DNA of 41,861 nucleotides. Origin: a virus (taxonomy: Duplodnaviria > Caudoviricetes). Under the pieces are notes generated by a model. The model searched no databases and was not told where the DNA came from. It was given only the letters and a program-made list of their open reading frames with translations. The stretch is taken from IMG/VR virus record IMGVR_UViG_3300044723_010973, positions 1 to 41,861 of that record. One strand, 5' to 3'. Below are positions 37,917 through 41,861 of the stretch, in pieces. Both the position numbers and the translations under genes were made by a program. The first letter of the stretch is position 1, and the number at the start of each line of letters is the position of its first letter.

Positions 37917-38168
37917 ATGAAGTCATTTAAAACATTCATCTTAGAAGATTATAAAGAAAACTCTCATATAAAGAAGTTCAATGATACTATGGAAAAGAAG
38001 ACTGGTATTAAGAACTATCATCACCATATGACTCGTAAAGGTTTAAAGATGGCCGGTCACTCTGATAAAGCTATTGATAGAAAGGTAGGAAAGAGTCGTC
38101 CATTAGGTAATAAACAATATAACCTAGGCAAACCTAAAACCGAGCTCAAAGGTATCAACCAAGACTAA
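37917..38168 (+). CDS. Probable internal head protein with a capsid-targeting leader
   Basis: MKSFKTFILE leader resembles the T4 internal-protein capsid-targeting sequence; late promoter; basic mature part. Confidence 0.65.
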   Translation: MKSFKTFILEDYKENSHIKKFNDTMEKKTGIKNYHHHMTRKGLKMAGHSDKAIDRKVGKSRPLGNKQYNLGKPKTELKGINQD

Positions 38169-38244
38169 CTAACCCCCCCTCTAGCGTTTTTTTAGCGCGC
38201 AAAAATTTTTCATATACGAATTCTCAGAAAAGTTTCAACCCTTT

Positions 38245-38375
38245 GTGAGCCCGCTCACTGAACGCTGTTATCCAGATCCCCTATATCTGGAAAAAATCCT
38301 GCCCCGAATCTGAGTGGGTCGCAGCTCGTTTAGAAAGTCTCCGAGCTGCAAGAGACTGTAGTAGGGGGGTACTAC
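38245..38375 (-). ncRNA. Structured intergenic element with an H-type pseudoknot (function unknown)
   Basis: GTAGTA/TACTAC hairpin; AGTCTC-TT-GCAGCTCG-GAGACT-TTCTAAA-CGAGCTGC pseudoknot; further stems. Confidence 0.5.
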
Positions 38376-38741
38376 TTATATAAGATCCTCCATTACAGGG
38401 AACTGTACAGACTTAACTACGTTGTCTAAGTCAGATACACATCCGGATAAGTCCCCTTCTTCTGTTGTAGCTAACAAAAGACCCTTTCCGGCATAAGCTT
38501 GTCCACCTATCTTGAAAAACTCCTGCCCTTCTTTAAGCAGTCCTTCCTCATCTACAATAAGTGTATCTCTCCAATCAACGAACGTTGAGTTCGGATTGGC
38601 CATCTCTATTAAGTCGCACTCTAGTAGTTTGTATAACTCTTTTAGGGAGACTTTTTCGGAGACTTCTACAAGCTTTATACTCCTAGATGTGGGGTCAATT
38701 AAGACCCCATGTTGTTGCATATTAATAGTTACTTGATTCAT
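38376..38741 (-). CDS. DUF3846-like protein
   Basis: LIDP, L.ELY.LL.CDLIE, LIVDEEGLLK, AGKGLL. Confidence 0.7.
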   Translation of the reverse strand: MNQVTINMQQHGVLIDPTSRSIKLVEVSEKVSLKELYKLLECDLIEMANPNSTFVDWRDTLIVDEEGLLKEGQEFFKIGGQAYAGKGLLLATTEEGDLSGCVSDLDNVVKSVQFPVMEDLI

Positions 38742-39016
38742 TATGCAGCACCCCCACCAAAGTTAGCTTTGAATGTTTCCATTCTGATGTAAGATAAAAC
38801 TTCATCTTTACCCCATTCAGGTTTAGTGAAGTTAATCATCGCTTCCATATGACTACAACTTTCACAAGTTGGACCTTCTAAGTATCTAGATCTAGTAAAA
38901 CTAGCCTCACATACAACGTTTGGAAGAAGACATACAACGCAATCTTTTGCTTTGCAGTTATCTTCGTTATTACAATAATGTCTCATTTTTACCTCCTTTG
39001 TTGTTAAATTTGACAT
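38741..39016 (-). CDS. Small Cys-rich hypothetical protein
   Basis: CxxC motifs (CVVC, CESC); promoter TTGAAT-16 nt-TATAAT at 39023-39050. Confidence 0.6.
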   Translation of the reverse strand: MSNLTTKEVKMRHYCNNEDNCKAKDCVVCLLPNVVCEASFTRSRYLEGPTCESCSHMEAMINFTKPEWGKDEVLSYIRMETFKANFGGGAA

Positions 39017-39046
39017 AATATAATTATAAGCTCATTAGAATAAAAT

Positions 39047-39259
39047 TCAACTAATTTCGCCTTGTGAAAGCAGACCGGATTGGTAGTCCTGCATCCATTC
39101 ACCTAAGATGATTCGTGATTGATATTTGGTAAGTCCAAACTCATCCATCAAGTATGGGCCTGCACCAAACATATTCGTCTCACCTGAATCACGCAGCTCA
39201 TCTAAAAATGTATAAACGAGCGATCTTGTTTCATCACATATACCTGCTTCTGTTCTCAT
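39047..39259 (-). CDS. Hypothetical phage protein
   Basis: FLDELRDSGETNMFGAGPYL; GGAGG Shine-Dalgarno before MRTE. Confidence 0.7.
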   Translation of the reverse strand: MRTEAGICDETRSLVYTFLDELRDSGETNMFGAGPYLMDEFGLTKYQSRIILGEWMQDYQSGLLSQGEIS

Positions 39260-39501
39260 GCCAGCCTCCAACATCTGTATTCACCTTCAGTTTTACGCAC
39301 AGTATAAATGGCAGTATTGCCTTCCTTCTTCCAATAGTTAATACAATTACGCACATTAATCGAATCAGGATAAGTATTGATCGAAAACGATTCACCTACC
39401 CCCATCTTATTAATCACCTCATCATACGCTGCCACTTTAGTAGCGCGAGGGCGCCTGTACTTTCGTCCAGGCAACCCAACTTTTTCTAGTTTTATTTTCA
39501 T
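39256..39501 (-). CDS. Small basic, putative DNA-binding protein
   Basis: LEKVGLP...Y...M.VGESF...VRK....RCWR. Confidence 0.65.
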   Translation of the reverse strand: MKIKLEKVGLPGRKYRRPRATKVAAYDEVINKMGVGESFSINTYPDSINVRNCINYWKKEGNTAIYTVRKTEGEYRCWRLA

Positions 39502-39893
39502 TAAGCCCTCCCGGCTCTATAGTTATTAATCGCAAGCTCATCAACACGCTCCCAACCCATGGAAGCGCATATCCATAACTCACCACAATCAGTTTTGATA
39601 TGGTCACCAACTGAAGTTGATCTCATACCGTACTGACGTCCCTTATGAGTCTTGAGAGGTACAATGCATACCACTCTTTCATCATAATCTTCATTCTCAA
39701 TCCAGCTACCATCACGCAACTGAATCTGTTTACCCATACTCCAGCTTCCATCAAGATTTTGAGTCTTGATGAAAACCGTTTCTAGATCTTGCATTCTGGA
39801 TTGACCAGTCTGCTCAATATCCATAACAGCTACTTCTCGAGCTTGTTCACCTTCTTCTAAAAAGGTTGAGTGAATTAAAGTATATCTTTTCAT
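39501..39893 (-). CDS. YodL-like hypothetical protein
   Basis: LE.VF..TQN and RSTSVGD...C...GW motifs; AAGGAG Shine-Dalgarno; promoter TTGAAT-16 nt-TACAAT at 39927-39954. Confidence 0.6.
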   Translation of the reverse strand: MKRYTLIHSTFLEEGEQAREVAVMDIEQTGQSRMQDLETVFIKTQNLDGSWSMGKQIQLRDGSWIENEDYDERVVCIVPLKTHKGRQYGMRSTSVGDHIKTDCGELWICASMGWERVDELAINNYRAGRA

Positions 39894-39950
39894 GTTATTC
39901 TCCTTATTATTTAAAAACATAATATAATTGTATACTCCTCAGAATAAAAT

Positions 39951-40127
39951 TCAACTCTTTTTGGTTAAATAATCAAAATGATGACCGCCCTTCTGCAAGT
40001 AATTAAACTCACGATCAAAAGCGCATGCTCTCATCCATTCTTCTTTTGTCTTAAAACCATTCTGCTCCCATTCAGACGTCTCTTCATTACCAGACATCAT
40101 CTCAAAATCAAACTCTAATTGTCTCAT
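39951..40127 (-). CDS. Small hypothetical protein (58 aa)
   Basis: MRQLEFDFEMMSGNEETSEWEQNGFKTKEEW...; GGGAG Shine-Dalgarno; ATGA overlap with the upstream stop. Confidence 0.55.
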   Translation of the reverse strand: MRQLEFDFEMMSGNEETSEWEQNGFKTKEEWMRACAFDREFNYLQKGGHHFDYLTKKS

Positions 40128-40285
40128 TTTCTTCTCCCTTTTGATTCACCAACAATAATTGCTGATCCGATCGCAAATCCAGCACTGCCTATTACAACAA
40201 GTACTACAAATGGATCTATGTTAAATATAATTGCACCAATCGCAAAGATTAATGCTGCAAGTAAAAACATATCTACTCTACTCAT
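40124..40285 (-). CDS. Small membrane protein
   Basis: MSRVDMFLLAALIFAIGAIIF...; two hydrophobic segments. Confidence 0.6.
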   Translation of the reverse strand: MSRVDMFLLAALIFAIGAIIFNIDPFVVLVVIGSAGFAIGSAIIVGESKGRRK

Positions 40286-40422
40286 ATCACCCCTCCTGCA
40301 ATTGCTGGTACTATCATAGCTACCAACACACCAAATGCTATTATTATAATCAGCCAATCTATAAGGCTCTCTTTATCAAAAGGCCCCCAAATAGCTTCTA
40401 AATACTTATTACGTTCTTTCAT
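40282..40422 (-). CDS. Small membrane protein (46 aa)
   Basis: MKERNKYLEAIWGPFDKESLIDWLIIIAFGVLVAMIVPAIAGGVI; GAGGAG Shine-Dalgarno; promoter TTGTAA-17 nt-TACAAT at 40456-40484. Confidence 0.6.
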   Translation of the reverse strand: MKERNKYLEAIWGPFDKESLIDWLIIIIAFGVLVAMIVPAIAGGVI

Positions 40423-40731
40423 GTTCTCCTCCTATAATTAATTGAACATAATATTATTGTAATTACATTTCAACTTTATTACAACTTTTTATTGTTTTGT
40501 ATGGTAATCGATTTAAAAGGCGTTATAATAAACGAAAGGTTATTGTTACTGCAGACACAAGAAGCCACATTTCAATCAATCAGGAGTGAATTAAGTGGAA
40601 TGGGTACGAGAAAAATTAAAGGCAATAATAGACACAATTAATATTATAATCTGGTTCATAGGACTAGCTACAATAATAGGATTTATCTGAGAGTTGCATT
40701 TTTGTAAAAAGGGTCTATAATACTCTGTATT

Positions 40732-40866
40732 ATGGATATTTTAATTATAGGTTCAGGTTTTTGGATAGCGATGAGGGTACTTACTCTCATGGAAGTTCTA
40801 TTCGGTGTTAAACCTAAACGAACATACAACAGACCATCTAAGAAAGATCCTTTTAGGTGGACCTAG
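40732..40866 (+). CDS. Small hydrophobic peptide with a basic tail (44 aa)
   Basis: MDILIIGSGFWIAMRVLTLMEVLFGVKPKRTYNRPSKKDPFRWT; promoter TTGCAT-16 nt-TATAAT at 40694-40721. Confidence 0.55.
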   Translation: MDILIIGSGFWIAMRVLTLMEVLFGVKPKRTYNRPSKKDPFRWT

Positions 40867-40910
40867 TCATCAACTTTTAGTATACCACTCCTTACTAAAG
40901 TTGGGCCAAA

Positions 40911-40936
40911 GGGGCAGCGACAGCTGCCCTTTTTTT
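40911..40936 (+). terminator. Intrinsic terminator
   Basis: GGGCAGC-GACA-GCTGCCC followed by a T7 run. Confidence 0.8.
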
Positions 40937-41000
40937 GTGTGTATTAAAAAAGCCCCAATATTATAATCTTTCACAACAAAAATCAACTAGTATTTAAAAC

Positions 41001-41026
41001 AAAAAAAAGCAGCTCTTGCGAGCTGC
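41001..41026 (-). terminator. Intrinsic terminator
   Basis: GCAGCTC-GCAA-GAGCTGC followed by T8 on the - strand. Confidence 0.85.
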
Positions 41027-41282
41027 TCTTCCCATCAATTAACTAATAAGGAGGTAATATGATGTTTAAACTTAGGTGGCAGGATGCTTTTAACCCCTGC
41101 CGTATTTCAATTACTCGCTAAAGTAATTCAGGATCCAGGTCCGCGCGAAGGTAGGATTGTTTATCAGTTATCTATAGTTCTGATATCACCGAATGCCGAA
41201 GCAATACTCAACGCTTATAATTTGCTGTCCTGTTAACAGGATAATCTCTTTTCTCGCTAAAGTCAAGAGGGTCCTGCTAAGT
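41001..41282 (-). ncRNA. Candidate ~280-nt structured non-coding RNA
   Basis: Promoter-like TGGCCT-17 nt-TATAAT (41289-41317), closing helix ACTTAG/CTAAGT, multiple stems, strong terminator, no ORF of 60 aa or more in the track. Confidence 0.6.
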
Positions 41283-41333
41283 GTTTGTATTATAGCAGCC
41301 TTCAATTAAGAAGGCCACTATTTTCTTAAAGAA

Positions 41334-41510
41334 TTAATCCTTTAATGATTGCTTTGGTGTCGTATGCATCTCAAATAATCCCATTAAATTGATTTCTGCG
41401 GGGGACATCGTCTTTCTTTTCTCATCCCATTCTTCATCGCTCATCATAATGCCATTAGCATTTGTAACAAATTTCCAATCATCTTCGGTCATTCTATTAT
41501 CCTTCTTCAT
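41334..41510 (-). CDS. Small hypothetical early protein (58 aa)
   Basis: MKKDNRMTEDDWKFVTNANG...; TAAGGAG Shine-Dalgarno; promoter TTGCAA-17 nt-TATAAT at 41540-41568. Confidence 0.65.
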   Translation of the reverse strand: MKKDNRMTEDDWKFVTNANGIMMSDEEWDEKRKTMSPAEINLMGLFEMHTTPKQSLKD

Positions 41511-41589
41511 ATTACGTCTCCTTACGTTATTAAAATTATATTATAATATCATTCCAATTAAATTGCAATTAAATATAATTAAAAAAAAG

Positions 41590-41668
41590 CTTGCACTTCT
41601 CTTGAAGATAATATAATATTGGGGCCCCGTGAGCTGCAATATTATTATATTTTTTATAAAAGTGCAAG
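41590..41668. promoter_or_regulatory. Inverted pair of convergent sigma70-type promoters
   Basis: TTGCAC-17 nt-TAATAT on each strand flanking a GC-rich core GGGGCCCCGTGAGCTGC. Confidence 0.6.
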
Positions 41669-41773
41669 TGAAAGTTATATATTTTTTTTAATTAAATTAA
41701 TTTACAAGGAGAAGAGAATAGATTATAATTTAATTATATTAAATTTAATTAAATATAAAGGAGGTAATTTAAT

Positions 41774-41861
41774 ATGAGTAATTTAAAATTAAGTAATTAT
41801 AAAATTAATTTAATTTGGGATAATAATAAAAATAAAATTTATAATTTATATATTAATAAAT
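41774..41861 (+). CDS. Very AT-rich ORF, truncated by the window end
   Basis: TTTACA-17 nt-TATAAT promoter (41701-41729), AAGGAGGT Shine-Dalgarno, open frame MSNLKLSNYKINLIWD... Confidence 0.55.
   Translation, partial: MSNLKLSNYKINLIWDNNKNKIYNLYINK

Noticed and set aside
41114-41263. TAGCGA loops as ssoA CS-6 single-strand origin motifs
   Set aside because: Only a 6-nt resemblance, no rolling-circle context, and the promoter/terminator framing favours an RNA
41070-41282. tmRNA, RNase P RNA or CsrB-like identity for the structured RNA
   Set aside because: No tRNA-like ends, no GAGGAAAGUCC, and the CAGGA motifs sit mainly in predicted stems rather than loops; not excluded without a covariance-model search
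41389-41616. 75-aa + strand ORF
   Set aside because: Antisense to the 41334-41510 ORF, which has a Shine-Dalgarno and promoter, and it runs through promoter DNA
40490-41861. CRISPR array or mobile element in the non-coding right end
   Set aside because: No regularly spaced direct repeats, and no cas, transposase or integrase genes

Overview
AT-rich segment of a T4-like myophage genome, most likely a marine or aquatic heterotroph-infecting lineage. The host cannot be determined from this window. 1-16.4 kb: baseplate/tail module (gp8, gp7, gp6, gp25, gp5, probable hub, gp53, gp48 on the - strand; gp4, gp2, gp54-like, gp26, gp51 and a probable tape measure on the + strand). 16.4-19.5 kb: tRNA-Arg(TCT), gp32, gp59, gp33 and a T4-type lysozyme. 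19.5-26.7 kb: curli-like secretion genes (CsgF, CsgG, two curlin-repeat proteins) linked to a FecR-domain protein and a CHASE2 adenylate cyclase. 26.7-37.1 kb: carbamoyltransferase, SGNH-like proteins, several 2OG-Fe(II) oxygenases, a GT2, a HAD phosphatase and DUF932. 37-41.9 kb: early region rich in sigma70-type promoters and structured non-coding DNA. Main observations beyond the ORF track: a glutamine-I (glnA-type) riboswitch upstream of a 45-aa basic peptide; a probable -1 frameshift fusing gp26 to gp51; a gene overprinted on the cyclase 3' end; a ~280-nt independently transcribed structured RNA with an anti-Shine-Dalgarno tail; a type I toxin-antitoxin-like convergent unit; a pseudoknot-containing intergenic element; a symmetric face-to-face promoter pair; and a candidate capsid-packaged internal protein. 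All calls come from reading motifs by eye; no searches were run.
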